Positions 19,839 to 30,115 of a stretch of DNA of 64,000 bases are shown here, in pieces. This DNA is from Alphaproteobacteria bacterium. GTDB taxonomy: Bacteria > Pseudomonadota > Alphaproteobacteria > Bin95. The notes under the pieces were generated by a model. It was given only the letters and a program-made list of their open reading frames with translations. It did not search any database and was not told the DNA's origin. Position 1 is the first letter of the stretch, and each line of letters opens with the position of its first letter. Where the stretch lies: assembly GCA_963665325.3 (NCBI GenBank), contig OZ224045.1, positions 2,368,001 through 2,432,000 on the forward strand, given 5' to 3'. The translations under genes and the position numbers were made by a program.

Positions 19839-20045
19839 ATGCTCGACATCAAGCCCCGTTATCTGGTTGATGATACCGGCCGAAAAACCGGCGCAATATT
19901 GTCAATGAAGGATTACCGGGCGCTGATGCAACGCTTGGAAGACTTGGAGGACACTCTGGAACTGGAACGCGCGGTCGAGACGGCGACCGGATTTCGTGAC
20001 TATGGGGAGATCCTAAAGGACGTGCGGACGCATCTTGACGGATAA
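19839..20045 (+). CDS. Putative type II antitoxin
   Basis: Small protein YLVDDTGRKTGAILSMKDYRALMQRLEDLED overlapping the relE-like gene; alternative ATG at 19833. Confidence 0.72.
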   Translation: MLDIKPRYLVDDTGRKTGAILSMKDYRALMQRLEDLEDTLELERAVETATGFRDYGEILKDVRTHLDG

Positions 20046-20307
20046 CGGTGCTTACACCGTAGCTTTGGAGCGGAGAGCCGAACGTGAGTTGCGGGGTTTG
20101 TCCGACTCGGCTGTCCGTCGAATCGACGTTGCGCTGCGCAGTTTGGCCGATAATCCCAGACCGGTCGGTGCGGTCAGGCTGCAGGGCCGAACGGGACCGG
20201 GATGGCGGGTTCGGGTAGGCGAATACCGCGTTCTTTTTCGGGTCGATGACGACCTTCGGCGGGTCGAGGATTACCGCGTCCGACACCGGCGGGAAGCCTA
20301 TCGATGA
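20035..20307 (+). CDS. RelE/ParE-family toxin
   Basis: AERELRGL, LADNPRPVG, WRVRVGEYRVLF, VRHRREAYR. Confidence 0.88.
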   Translation: MTDNGAYTVALERRAERELRGLSDSAVRRIDVALRSLADNPRPVGAVRLQGRTGPGWRVRVGEYRVLFRVDDDLRRVEDYRVRHRREAYR

Positions 20308-20421
20308 AGCCTGTTGGCAGTGTCGCCAATCTGGCGCTCGCCTGCCCATGCGTCAGTAGTGCCCGATTTGCGACGCGCGCCGAAAACGCTACGCTCCCGG
20401 CGAGCCGGGAGGTTTAGGACG

Positions 20422-21588
20422 ATGCCGTTCGATCTGGTCGAAGAACATGTGATGCTGCGCGACCTGGTGGCGAAGTTCGTGGACAACGAGCTGATGCCGC
20501 TGGAGAAGGCCGTGATGGCGCGCGAAGCGGCGGGCGGGGAAATCCGGCTGACCGACGAGGAACTCAGCCCCCTGCTCGACAAGTGCAGGGAACTCGGCCT
20601 CTGGGCGCTCGACGCGCCGGAGGAGGTTGGCGGCATGAACCTGCCGGCCGTGGCGCTGGTCGGCGTCAACGAGGAGCTCGGCCGCACGATCACGCCCTTC
20701 GTCTTCCCGCCCGACTCGCCCAACCTCCACATGATGCTGGCTGTCGCCGACGAGCGCCAGAAGCGGCTCTACATGAAGCCCTATGCAAGCGGCGAGGCGC
20801 ATTCCGCCATCGCGATCTCCGAGCCCGGCGCGGGCGGCGACCCGGCCGGCATGACCACCCGCGCAGTCAAGGACGGCGACCACTGGGTCATCGACGGGCG
20901 CAAGATCTGGATCAGCCGCGTGCCTTACGCCGATTTCACCATCGTCATGGCGCTGACCGACCCGGAGAAGCGCGCGCGCGGCGGCATCACCGCCTTCATC
21001 GTCGAGAAGGACACGCCCGGCTTCATCGTCGAGCGTGAAATCCCGATGCTCGGTGGCGCGCGCACCTATGAGGTCGTGTTCGAGAACTGCCGCGTGCATG
21101 AGCGCCAGGTGCTGGGGCAGGTCGGCAACGGCTTTGGCCCTATGCAGCTTCGGCTGACCGTGCGCCGGCTCCAGATGGGCTCGTGGTGCGTGGGCATGGC
21201 GCGGCGTGCGCTCAAAATGCTCTGCGAACATGCGAGCCAGCGCGTGACCTTCGGTGAACGGCTCGCCGACCGCCAGGCGATCCAGTGGTGGATTGCCGAC
21301 GGCGCGACCAAGGTTCACGCCTGCTCGCTGATGGTCATGGACGCGGCCGTGAAACAGGACCGCGGCGAGGACGTGCGCACCGAAGCGTCGATGATAAAGG
21401 TCTATGCCACCGAGATGGCGACGGAGATCGTGGACCGCGCCCAACAGGCGTTCGGCGCGATGGGCGTCACCAGGGAATTGCCGCTCCAGCTGATGGCCCA
21501 GAAGGTGAGGCTCATGCGCGTCTATGAGGGCCCGAGCGAGGTCCACCGCATGGTCATCGCGCGCCGCATGCTGCGCGCTCACGGATAG
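20422..21588 (+). CDS. Acyl-CoA dehydrogenase
   Basis: AISEPGAGGD, IDGRKIWIS, FGERLADRQAIQ, AFGAMG, VYEGPSEV. Confidence 0.93.
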   Translation: MPFDLVEEHVMLRDLVAKFVDNELMPLEKAVMAREAAGGEIRLTDEELSPLLDKCRELGLWALDAPEEVGGMNLPAVALVGVNEELGRTITPFVFPPDSPNLHMMLAVADERQKRLYMKPYASGEAHSAIAISEPGAGGDPAGMTTRAVKDGDHWVIDGRKIWISRVPYADFTIVMALTDPEKRARGGITAFIVEKDTPGFIVEREIPMLGGARTYEVVFENCRVHERQVLGQVGNGFGPMQLRLTVRRLQMGSWCVGMARRALKMLCEHASQRVTFGERLADRQAIQWWIADGATKVHACSLMVMDAAVKQDRGEDVRTEASMIKVYATEMATEIVDRAQQAFGAMGVTRELPLQLMAQKVRLMRVYEGPSEVHRMVIARRMLRAHG

Positions 21589-21604
21589 GAAAGGCCACCC
21601 CGAA

Positions 21605-22546
21605 ATGCCCGACAGTGCCCGCTCCATTGCCGAACTGGGCCGACGCATGCCGGTCAACCCGGCAAGCCCGGCTGAAGCCCGCGCCCGCTATTTCAACACC
21701 GCCAATGCCTTCGACATGAAGCTGCCGCCCGTGCCGGACGCGGTCTTCACCGAGGAGCCGGCGCTCGCGCTCGCCCCCGACGCGCCCACGGGGTTCACCG
21801 CCTGCGACATCTCGGCGGAACTGGCCTCCGCCTTTCCCGCAACGACGCCGCTCGTGCTGGCCCGCTATGCCCGCATCCGGACGGGCGAGACTCTGACCGC
21901 GGACTTCAACGCGACCGGCGTGCTGGCCTATGTCATCCGTGGCGCCGGCAGCGTTGAGAGCGGCGGGGAGGTGCTGCGCTGGACGTCGGGCGATCTGCTG
22001 CTGTTGCCCGGCGGCGAGGCGCATCCCTGGTCGGCGGAAGAGGACGCCGTACTCTGGCTCGTCACCAACGAGCCGCAGCTGGCCTTCGACCACGCCCGCG
22101 CGCCGGCGCCGGGCATGGCGCCGACCGACCCGGTGCACTACCCCGCTGCCGAGATTGCGGAACAGGTGGAGCTGCTGATGCGCACCGGCCGGGGCGAGGA
22201 GATCCCGGGCTCCGCGCTCATCTTCTCCGCCGAGCGCCAGGAAGCGACGCGCAATGCATTGCCAACGCTTACCTGCGCCATGAATGCGCTGGAGTCCGGC
22301 CAGAGCCAGCGCCCGCACCGCCACAACTCGGTCGCCGTCAGCCTCGTCGTTCAGGGCGAGGGCTGCTACTCGGTCGTGGACGGGCGGCGCAAGGACTGGG
22401 CGCCCTGGGCGACAACCATCACCCCGCCGGTCTCCTCGCATTCCCACCACAATCAAGGGCCGGAACGCGCCATGTTCCTGATCGTGCAGGACGGCGGCAT
22501 CTTCTACCACGCACGCGCCATGGGGTTCGAGTTCACCGATGCTTGA
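21605..22546 (+). CDS. Cupin-domain protein (gentisate 1,2-dioxygenase-like)
   Basis: QRPHRHNS, GEGCYS, SHSHHN, VQDG. Confidence 0.75.
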   Translation: MPDSARSIAELGRRMPVNPASPAEARARYFNTANAFDMKLPPVPDAVFTEEPALALAPDAPTGFTACDISAELASAFPATTPLVLARYARIRTGETLTADFNATGVLAYVIRGAGSVESGGEVLRWTSGDLLLLPGGEAHPWSAEEDAVLWLVTNEPQLAFDHARAPAPGMAPTDPVHYPAAEIAEQVELLMRTGRGEEIPGSALIFSAERQEATRNALPTLTCAMNALESGQSQRPHRHNSVAVSLVVQGEGCYSVVDGRRKDWAPWATTITPPVSSHSHHNQGPERAMFLIVQDGGIFYHARAMGFEFTDA

Positions 22547-23402
22547 GATACGCCCGCTTGCGCCGGAGATCGGCGCGGAAGTCACCGGCTTCGACATGGG
22601 CAAGCCGCTGACCGACAGCCTGTTTGAGGAAATCCACGCCGCCTGGATGCGCCATAAGGTGCTGGTGTTTCCCGGCCAGCCGGTTTCTGACGAGGCGCTG
22701 CTGGACTTCGGGCGGCGCTTCGGCGAGTTGGAAGTGTTCCACCAGGACATCATCCGCTCGAAGAGCCTGCCGGAGATCTTCCGCGTCTCCAATGTCGATG
22801 AGGACGGGAAGCTGATGGCGCCGGACGACCCGGTCCAGCACCAGATTTCGCTCGCCCGGCGCTGGCATACGGACAGCAGCTACCGCGAGAAGCCGTCGGT
22901 GGGCTCGCTGCTGCACGGCGTTGAGGTGACGGAGGAGGGCGGCGTGACCATGTTCGCGAACATGGCGGCCGTGCTGCGCGCGCTGCCGGACGACCTGCGC
23001 CGCGAGGTTGAGGGCCGCCGGGCGCGGCACGATTTCGAGAACCTCCACCGGCTGAAGCCGCTCAAGCCGCTGACGGACGAAGAGCGCGCGCGCATGCCGC
23101 CCGTCTGGCAGCCCCTGGTCCGCCGCCATCCGGAGACGGGCGAGGCTTCGCTCTATATCAGCCCGATCTACAACGACGCGGTGGAAGGCATGGACCCGGA
23201 AGGCGCGGCGGCGCTGGTCGAGCGGCTGGAGGCGGTCATCGACGACGAGCGCTTCATTTACCGTCACCGCTGGCGGCAGCACGATGTGCTGCTGTGGGAC
23301 AACCGCTGCACGACCCACCGGGTCACGCCCTACAACCCGGCCCACCGCCGGATCATGCATCGCACCACCATAGCCGGCCGGGAGCGCGTCGAAGCGGCTT
23401 GA
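22539..23402 (+). CDS. TauD/TfdA Fe(II)/2OG dioxygenase
   Basis: WHTDSSY, GGVTMFA, LWDNRCTTHR. Confidence 0.9.
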   Translation: MLEIRPLAPEIGAEVTGFDMGKPLTDSLFEEIHAAWMRHKVLVFPGQPVSDEALLDFGRRFGELEVFHQDIIRSKSLPEIFRVSNVDEDGKLMAPDDPVQHQISLARRWHTDSSYREKPSVGSLLHGVEVTEEGGVTMFANMAAVLRALPDDLRREVEGRRARHDFENLHRLKPLKPLTDEERARMPPVWQPLVRRHPETGEASLYISPIYNDAVEGMDPEGAAALVERLEAVIDDERFIYRHRWRQHDVLLWDNRCTTHRVTPYNPAHRRIMHRTTIAGRERVEAA

Positions 23403-23462
23403 CGAGCGCCGCTGCGAGACGCCATATCGACAGGTGCCAGGCGAGCGCAGGAGGGCGGCATC

Positions 23463-23882
23463 GTGGCTCCGACACGCAGGGACGTGATGAGGCTCGGCGG
23501 CGTTGCCGCTGCCGTAGCGCTGTTCCCCGCGGTCGCGGTCGCGGACTCGAACGGCATTTCGCAGGCCATCGCAGCGTTCACGAAGGGCGCAATGGCGCTG
23601 GAAGCCGGCCTGTCGCTGGAAGTGCCGGAGATTGCCGACAATGGCGGCGCGGTGCCGGTGCGGGTAGCCGCCGCGGGTGCGAGGCGCATTGCGCTGTTCA
23701 CCGATGGGAATCCGTATCCCGGTGTGGTCGTCTTCGAATTCGGAAGGTTCACACCGCCCGCAGCCACGATCCGTATCCGGCTGGCCAGGAGCCAGAGCGT
23801 CATCGCGGTGGCGGAGCTGGTAGACGGCACATTTCGCAAGGCCTCCCGTGCGGTCGCGGTGACGGTCGGCGGCTGCGCGTGA
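23463..23882 (+). CDS. soxY: SoxY sulfur carrier protein
   Basis: Tat signal TRRDV, PEIADNGGAVPV, C-terminal VTVGGCA. Confidence 0.85.
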   Translation: MAPTRRDVMRLGGVAAAVALFPAVAVADSNGISQAIAAFTKGAMALEAGLSLEVPEIADNGGAVPVRVAAAGARRIALFTDGNPYPGVVVFEFGRFTPPAATIRIRLARSQSVIAVAELVDGTFRKASRAVAVTVGGCA

Positions 23883-23892
23883 GGGGCGGAAC

Positions 23893-24219
23893 ATGGCGAC
23901 ACCCAAGCCGCGCATAAGGCTTCCGAAATCGGTCGAGGCGGGCGTTCCCTTTACGGTCAGGACCCGGATCACCCATCCGATGCACACCGGCCTGCGCCGC
24001 GACCGCGACGGTGAGCTGATACCCCGCCGGATCGTCAACAGATTCACGGTGCGCTACAACGACGAGGAGGCGTTCTCCGCCGCCCTGGAACCGGCGGTTT
24101 CGACCGATCCCTATATCCAGTTCGAGCTGTCCTTACCGGAGTCGGGCGTTCTGGAATTCGAGTGGGAAGACGATGACGGCTCGATCTACAGCCTTCGCAG
24201 GGAAATCTCCGTCGGTTAG
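23893..24219 (+). CDS. soxZ: SoxZ sulfur carrier protein
   Basis: ITHPMHTGLRRD..G..IPR, VSTDPY. Confidence 0.9.
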   Translation: MATPKPRIRLPKSVEAGVPFTVRTRITHPMHTGLRRDRDGELIPRRIVNRFTVRYNDEEAFSAALEPAVSTDPYIQFELSLPESGVLEFEWEDDDGSIYSLRREISVG

Positions 24220-24922
24220 GGCCGCTGTCGGACTGTTGGCGGCTGCCTTGCTGGCGCTTCTTCCGGCTCTCGGCGCATGGGGCAGCGATGCGGAGCGCGG
24301 CAAGGCGCTCTTCAAACAGTGCAAGCGATGCCATCAGGCGGGTAGCGGCGCGGAACACCGGATCGGGCCGCACCTGAACGATGTCTTCGGACGCGCGGCC
24401 GGCTCGCTCGGTGATTTCCGCTATTCCCCGGCGATGAAGGCGGCCGGGACCGGCGGCCTGATCTGGACCGGGGCAACGCTCGACGCATTCCTGTCCGACC
24501 CGCGGGCACTGGTGCCGCGCTCGCGCATGAGTTTTGCCGGCATGCGGGAGAAAGGCGACAGGGCGGATTTGTTGGCATGGCTACGCGGGTTTTCCGGCGC
24601 CGTGTCTGAACTCCCCCCCGCCGAGCCGACCGCCACGGCCGAGGAATACGGCCTCGACCCGCGTCTTCTCTCCATCGAAGGCGATCCCGAATACGGGGCC
24701 TATCTCGCCGGCGAATGCACGACCTGCCACAGGGAAGGCGGCTCCGGCGAGGGTATCCCTTCGATAACCGGATGGCCGTCCGACGACTTCGTGATAGCCT
24801 TGCAGGCTTACAAGCGCGGAAAGCGGGAGCATCCCGCCATGCAGCTTGTTGCCGGCCGCCTGTCGGATGAGGAGATAGCGGCACTGGCTGCGCATTTCCG
24901 CGATGCGGGAGACCAACCATGA
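24173..24922 (+). CDS. Diheme cytochrome c (SoxE-like); true start probably downstream (TTG at 24236)
   Basis: Signal peptide, CKRCH..GPHL, CTTCH, distal Met; lies between soxZ and soxF. Confidence 0.8.
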   Translation: MTARSTAFAGKSPSVRAAVGLLAAALLALLPALGAWGSDAERGKALFKQCKRCHQAGSGAEHRIGPHLNDVFGRAAGSLGDFRYSPAMKAAGTGGLIWTGATLDAFLSDPRALVPRSRMSFAGMREKGDRADLLAWLRGFSGAVSELPPAEPTATAEEYGLDPRLLSIEGDPEYGAYLAGECTTCHREGGSGEGIPSITGWPSDDFVIALQAYKRGKREHPAMQLVAGRLSDEEIAALAAHFRDAGDQP

Positions 24923-24939
24923 ACCGAAGGGAAGGCGTT

Positions 24940-26226
24940 ATGAACCAGCAAAACGGAAACAACGGCCTCAGCCGGCGCCGCTTCCTTGCGACCACGGTCG
25001 CGGCCTCGGCGGCGCTGTCGGCGCCGGCAGCGCTTGGCCAGGGACGGCCCCGCGTTGTGGTCGTGGGCGGCGGCGCGGGCGGCGCCACGGCGGCGCGCTA
25101 TATCGCCAGGGACTCGAAAGGCGCGGTGGATGTCACGCTCGTCGAGCCGACCCGCGCCTATTACAGCTGCTTCTTCTCGAACCTCTATATCGGCGGCTTC
25201 CGGGAATACGCGTCGATCGGGCACAGCTACGGCGCGCTTGCGGCGAGCCACGGGATCAATGTCGTGCACGACTGGGCGGTCTCCATCGACCGCGACAAAC
25301 GCAGCGTGGGGCTCGCGGGCGGCGGCAGCCTTTCCTACGACCGCCTCGTGCTGTCGCCGGGTATAGACTTCAAGCCGGGGTCCGTGCCGGGATGGGACCT
25401 GTCGCAGCAGAACCGCATGCCGCACGCCTACAAGGCCGGCTCGCAAACTCAGCTTCTCAGGGCGCAGGTCGAGGCCATGCCGGAGGGCGGCGTCTATTGC
25501 ATGGTCGCGCCGCCCAATCCCTTCCGTTGCCCGCCGGGCCCCTATGAGCGTATCTCGATGGTTGCCCATGTCCTGAAGCAGGCCAATCCGACGGCCAAGA
25601 TCCTGATCGTCGATCCCAAGGCGAAGTTCTCCAAGCAGGGGCTGTTCGAGGACGGCTGGCAACGCCACTACGCCGGCATGATCGAGCGAATCGGCCCGGA
25701 TTTCGGAGGCGACAAGGTCGAAGTGCGGCCCGGGGCGATGGAGGTCGTGATCGACGGCGAGGCCACGAAGGTGGATGCCTGCAATGTCATCCCTGCGCAG
25801 CAGGCCGGGCGCATTGCGGCGGTCGCCGGCATCACCAACGATGCGGGCTGGGCGCCGGTCGTCGCGCACACCATGCAGAGCCGCGCGGACGAGAATATCC
25901 ATGTGCTGGGCGACGCCTCGCAACAGGGCGACATGCCGAAATCGGGCTTCTCTGCCAACAGCCAGGCGAAGGTCTGCGCCATGGCCGTGCGCGGGGCGCT
26001 CACCGGATCGAAGGTGTTTGCGGCGCGCTTTTCCAACACCTGCTGGTCGCTGATCGGCACCGATGACGGCGTCAAGGTCGGCGCATCCTACGAGGCGACC
26101 GACGAGAAGATCGCCAAGACCGACGGCTTTATCTCCAAAACCGGAGAAACCGCCGAGGTCCGCAAGGCGACCTACAAGGAGTCGCTCGACTGGTATGCCG
26201 CCATTTCCGGGGACATGTTCGGCTGA
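24940..26226 (+). CDS. soxF: Flavocytochrome c sulfide dehydrogenase flavoprotein (SoxF/FccB)
   Basis: Tat signal SRRRFL, VVGGGAGG, PFRCPPGPYER, MPKSGFSANSQAK, NTCWS. Confidence 0.9.
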   Translation: MNQQNGNNGLSRRRFLATTVAASAALSAPAALGQGRPRVVVVGGGAGGATAARYIARDSKGAVDVTLVEPTRAYYSCFFSNLYIGGFREYASIGHSYGALAASHGINVVHDWAVSIDRDKRSVGLAGGGSLSYDRLVLSPGIDFKPGSVPGWDLSQQNRMPHAYKAGSQTQLLRAQVEAMPEGGVYCMVAPPNPFRCPPGPYERISMVAHVLKQANPTAKILIVDPKAKFSKQGLFEDGWQRHYAGMIERIGPDFGGDKVEVRPGAMEVVIDGEATKVDACNVIPAQQAGRIAAVAGITNDAGWAPVVAHTMQSRADENIHVLGDASQQGDMPKSGFSANSQAKVCAMAVRGALTGSKVFAARFSNTCWSLIGTDDGVKVGASYEATDEKIAKTDGFISKTGETAEVRKATYKESLDWYAAISGDMFG

Positions 26227-26242
26227 TCCCGGGGAGATAGCT

Positions 26243-27271
26243 TTACCAACGTTCGGCGAGGACCGCCCCGGCGGCCTTCGCCGAAGCCGCCATGGCGGCG
26301 AGCGCAAGCAGGGCGGCGAGGCTGGCCGTCGAGACGCCGGAAAGCCCGGCGCCGACCGTGCAGCCGCCCGCCAGCACGCCGCCCGCGCCCATCATCACCG
26401 CGCCGGCAAGATAACGGCCGGTCTGCCGGGGGCTCTCGAGGCTCTCCCAGCGAAACTGGCCGCCCGCAAGCGCCGCGGCCAGACTGCCGGCGATGACGCC
26501 CGCCGCAAGGCCCGTGCCGAAGCCGGCCGGTATGGAGGTTGCCGCCACGGCCCAGAACAGGGTGTCGGCCGTCGGTCCCGTGAACCCCATGGACTGGAGC
26601 GGAATTGGGTCGAAATCGTCCAGCAGCAGGAATCCCGTGCCGACCCAGCCGAGTGGCACCAGCAGCCCGATCGCGCCCGCCATCGCCATATGCGAGGCCG
26701 GCGCGCCGGATCGGAGCGCGAAGAGTGCCGCGGCAAGCGCCAGGCCGAGCGGCCACACCTCTCCGCCGGGCAGGGCCGTGAGCGCGGGCACCCCGCCGCC
26801 ATAGACGGTGGCGGCGCCGAGCGCCTCGCGCAGCGGCGCCAGCACGCCCTTCATCGCCGCATGGGCCGTCACCGCAAAGACGACCAGGACAAGCAGGGCG
26901 CGCAAATTGCCGCTGCCCGTGAGCACGGTCAGACGCGAGACGCAGCCTCCGGCCAGCACCATCCCCGTCCCAAAGAGAGCGCCGCCGACGACCGCGGACA
27001 CCACCGGAACGTCCGGCGCGAGAAACCGGTGCGCCTCGAAGGAAACCAGGCCGCCCGCCACCGCCAGACGGGTTCCCGCTATTGCCACAGCCAGCGCCAT
27101 CGCCCAGGCGCCCAGTGCCGGCAGGCAGTCGCGCCACCGGCCGACCAGGCTCCGGCGCAGGCAAAAGGCGCTGCGCTGCGCCAGCGCGCCATAGACGCCG
27201 CCCAGCGCCAGGCCCAGCATGACGGACGCGGCGAGCGGCGTCGTTTCCTCGAATCCCAGCGTCTCGAACAT
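26243..27271 (-). CDS. YeeE/YedE sulfur-compound transporter
   Basis: QRSAFC, GMVLAGGC, GGVLAGGCTVG. Confidence 0.88.
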   Translation of the reverse strand: MFETLGFEETTPLAASVMLGLALGGVYGALAQRSAFCLRRSLVGRWRDCLPALGAWAMALAVAIAGTRLAVAGGLVSFEAHRFLAPDVPVVSAVVGGALFGTGMVLAGGCVSRLTVLTGSGNLRALLVLVVFAVTAHAAMKGVLAPLREALGAATVYGGGVPALTALPGGEVWPLGLALAAALFALRSGAPASHMAMAGAIGLLVPLGWVGTGFLLLDDFDPIPLQSMGFTGPTADTLFWAVAATSIPAGFGTGLAAGVIAGSLAAALAGGQFRWESLESPRQTGRYLAGAVMMGAGGVLAGGCTVGAGLSGVSTASLAALLALAAMAASAKAAGAVLAERW

Positions 27272-27405
27272 TGGGGGAAACCGCCTCCTCCCGTTCGCGT
27301 TGCAAGGCTCAGCGCATCGTTAGCGCCTCGCGCACGGCGATATAGCGCGCGCTCCCGAAAACGACAGCGCCGCCGGGGCGGCCTCCGTTCAGGTCGAACG
27401 CCGCG

Positions 27406-29139
27406 CTAATCGTCGGCGTAGCCGTTCTCCACCATCCAGTCGCGCATGATGAATTTCTGCGGCTTGCCGGTCACGGTCATCGGCAGTTCGTCGACGATGC
27501 GCACATGCTTCGGCACCTTGTAGTGCGCGATCCGGCCGGAGCAGAATGCGATCACGTCCTCGGGCCCCAGTGCCGCGCCTTCGCGGGCAACGACCCAGGC
27601 GCAGACCTGCTCGCCGAACCTCCTGTCCGGGATGCCGAACACCTGCGCCTCCCGGATATCGGGATGGCGGAAGAGATAGTCCTCGATCTCGCGCGGATAG
27701 ACGTTCTCGCCCCCGCGGATGATCATGTCCTTCACCCGCCCGACGATGCAGCAGAAGCCTTCCTCGTCGAGCGTCGCCAGGTCGCCGGAATGCATCCATC
27801 CGTCGATAATGCTCTCTCGGGTCCGCTCGTCGTCGTTCCAGTAGCCGCGCATCACCGAGTAGCCGCGCGTGCACAGCTCTCCGGACTCGCCGACAGGGAC
27901 AACGGCTCCGTCGGCATCGACGATTTTCACCTCCAGATGCGGGTGGACGCGCCCGACCGTCGTCACACGCTTTTCGAGCGGATCGTCGACAAGGCTCTGG
28001 AACGACACGGGAGAGGTCTCCGTCATGCCATAGCAAATTGTGACTTCCGACATGTTCATTTCGTCGATCACCCGCTGCATCACCTCGATAGGGCAACTCG
28101 CGCCCGCCATGACGCCCGTTCTGAGCGAGGACAGGTCGTATCCGCCGCGCGCCGCCTCCTCGAGCATGGCGACGAACATGGTCGGCACGCCGTAAAGCGC
28201 CGTGCAGCGGGCCTTCGATACCGCATACAGCGTCTCCGTCGCATCGAAGCCTTCGCCCGGAAACACCATCGCCGCGCCCTGCGTCACGCAGCCCAGCACC
28301 CCCATCACCATGCCGAAGCAATGATAGAGCGGCACCGGAATGCACAGCGCGTCCCGCTCGGTCAGCCGGATCCGGCCGGTGACGAAACGCGCATTGTTGA
28401 CGATGTTGTTGTGGGTGAGCGTGGCGCCCTTGGGCGATCCGGTAGTGCCGGAAGTGAACTGGATATTGATCGGGTCGTCCGGGCTGAGGCTCGCGGTCAT
28501 GGCGTCCAGCCGCGACATCTCCGCCGGCCCTCCGAGACCGACCGCATCGTCGAAGCGGAATATCCCCGGCCCGGGGTCATCGCTCATCGCGATCACGGTT
28601 TCCAAGTGGGGCAATCTCGACGATTCGAGCTTGCCCGGCTCGCAGCCTTCGAGCTCGGGCGCGAGTTCGCGCAGCATGTCGATATACCGGGACGACTTGA
28701 AGACTTCGGCCGTGACGAGAGCTCTGCATTCGACCGCATTCAATGCGTATTCGAGCTCGACCGGGCGGTAGGCGGGATTGATGTTGACGAGGATCGCGCC
28801 GAACCGTGCAGTCGCGAACTGTGTCAGGATCCACTCCAGCCGATTGGGGGACCAGATGCCGACGCGGTCGCCTTTCCCGAGGCCGAGCGCAAGCAGCCCG
28901 GCGGCGAGTGCATCCACCGCGCGGTCCAACTCTTCGTAGCTCAGCGTCCTGCCTTCTTTCGGCAGCACCACCGCATTGCGCGCGCCGTGGCGGGAAACCG
29001 TGTCGCGGAGCGCGTCGGGGATGGTCGTATGTCTGAGCGGCGGCGCCTGCTCGCCGACGACATGGGACAGGCCGCCCTTCGGCGCGCCGGGGTCGGGCAC
29101 CGCAATGCGAGCGGCCGGGCCTTGGGTGAGAGTCGACAT
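27406..29139 (-). CDS. AMP-binding acyl-CoA synthetase
   Basis: QFTSGTTGSPKG, YGMTETSP, IRGGENVYPREIE, TGKPQK. Confidence 0.93.
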   Translation of the reverse strand: MSTLTQGPAARIAVPDPGAPKGGLSHVVGEQAPPLRHTTIPDALRDTVSRHGARNAVVLPKEGRTLSYEELDRAVDALAAGLLALGLGKGDRVGIWSPNRLEWILTQFATARFGAILVNINPAYRPVELEYALNAVECRALVTAEVFKSSRYIDMLRELAPELEGCEPGKLESSRLPHLETVIAMSDDPGPGIFRFDDAVGLGGPAEMSRLDAMTASLSPDDPINIQFTSGTTGSPKGATLTHNNIVNNARFVTGRIRLTERDALCIPVPLYHCFGMVMGVLGCVTQGAAMVFPGEGFDATETLYAVSKARCTALYGVPTMFVAMLEEAARGGYDLSSLRTGVMAGASCPIEVMQRVIDEMNMSEVTICYGMTETSPVSFQSLVDDPLEKRVTTVGRVHPHLEVKIVDADGAVVPVGESGELCTRGYSVMRGYWNDDERTRESIIDGWMHSGDLATLDEEGFCCIVGRVKDMIIRGGENVYPREIEDYLFRHPDIREAQVFGIPDRRFGEQVCAWVVAREGAALGPEDVIAFCSGRIAHYKVPKHVRIVDELPMTVTGKPQKFIMRDWMVENGYADD

Positions 29140-29313
29140 CGGGGCTCCTCCTCTGCAGGGCGCCGGCCGTTCGGCAAGGAATAGCTCCAGTATGGAGTTC
29201 CGCCTTTTTCTTCGCCAGCCCGCCGGCGATGCGGGCTGTTTCCGGCCGGCCGTGACCGCGAGCGGAAATTCGGGCTAGGTTGGCCCCGCCGCTTGCATAA
29301 CCGGAGGAACGGC

Positions 29314-30102
29314 GTGACCGACAAATTGCTTTTCGATGTCCGCGACAGAATCGCGACCATCACCTTCAACAACCCGGACAGGCTGAACGCCTTCACGCAC
29401 GAGATGCTGACGGGATATCTGGACCGGCTGGAGGAATGCCGGACGCGCGAGGATATCTGGGCGGTGATCGTCACCGCCGCCGGGCGCGGTTTCTGCGCCG
29501 GCGGGGATACGCGGCAGATGGGCAGCGACACGCCGCCGACGCCGCTGGAGATCAAGTCGGGCCTCTGGGATCTCATCCAGAAGCTCTCGCTCAAGATTCA
29601 AGAAATCGACAAGCCGGTGATCGCGGCGGTCAACGGCGTGGCCGTCGGGGCCGGGATGGACATGAGCCTGCACGCGGACCTGCGCTTCGCCGCCGAGAGC
29701 GCGCGCTTCGCGGAGACCTATGTGCGCGTCGGCCTGGTGCCCGGCAATGGCGGGGCCTGGTTCCTGCCGCGCATCGTCGGCGTGCCGAAGGCGCTGGAAT
29801 TGCTCTGGAGCGCCGATTTCCTGACCGCCCAGCAGGCGCAGGAGATCGGCCTCGTCAACAAGGTGTTCCCGGACGACGAGCTGCAGGCCGGCACCCGCGC
29901 CTATGTCGAGAAGCTGGTGAACTCCTCGCCGATATCCATCCGCCTCATCAAGCGGGCCATGTATGCCGGCCTCGACATGGACCTGCGCAGCGCCCTCGAC
30001 ATGGTGTCGTCCCACATGGTGCTGGCGCGCTCCAGCGAGGACCACAAGGAGGCCATCGCCGCCTGGCAGGAAAAGCGGGCCGGGAACTACAACAACCGCT
30101 GA
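29314..30102 (+). CDS. Enoyl-CoA hydratase/isomerase (crotonase)
   Basis: GFCAGGD, KPVIAAVNGVAVGAG, GLVPGNG; GTG start after GGAGG. Confidence 0.92.
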   Translation: MTDKLLFDVRDRIATITFNNPDRLNAFTHEMLTGYLDRLEECRTREDIWAVIVTAAGRGFCAGGDTRQMGSDTPPTPLEIKSGLWDLIQKLSLKIQEIDKPVIAAVNGVAVGAGMDMSLHADLRFAAESARFAETYVRVGLVPGNGGAWFLPRIVGVPKALELLWSADFLTAQQAQEIGLVNKVFPDDELQAGTRAYVEKLVNSSPISIRLIKRAMYAGLDMDLRSALDMVSSHMVLARSSEDHKEAIAAWQEKRAGNYNNR

Positions 30103-30115
30103 CGCGCCGGGCGCT

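Noticed and set aside
23463-27271. Complete Sox thiosulfate oxidation system
   Set aside because: soxXA, soxB and soxCD are absent from the window.
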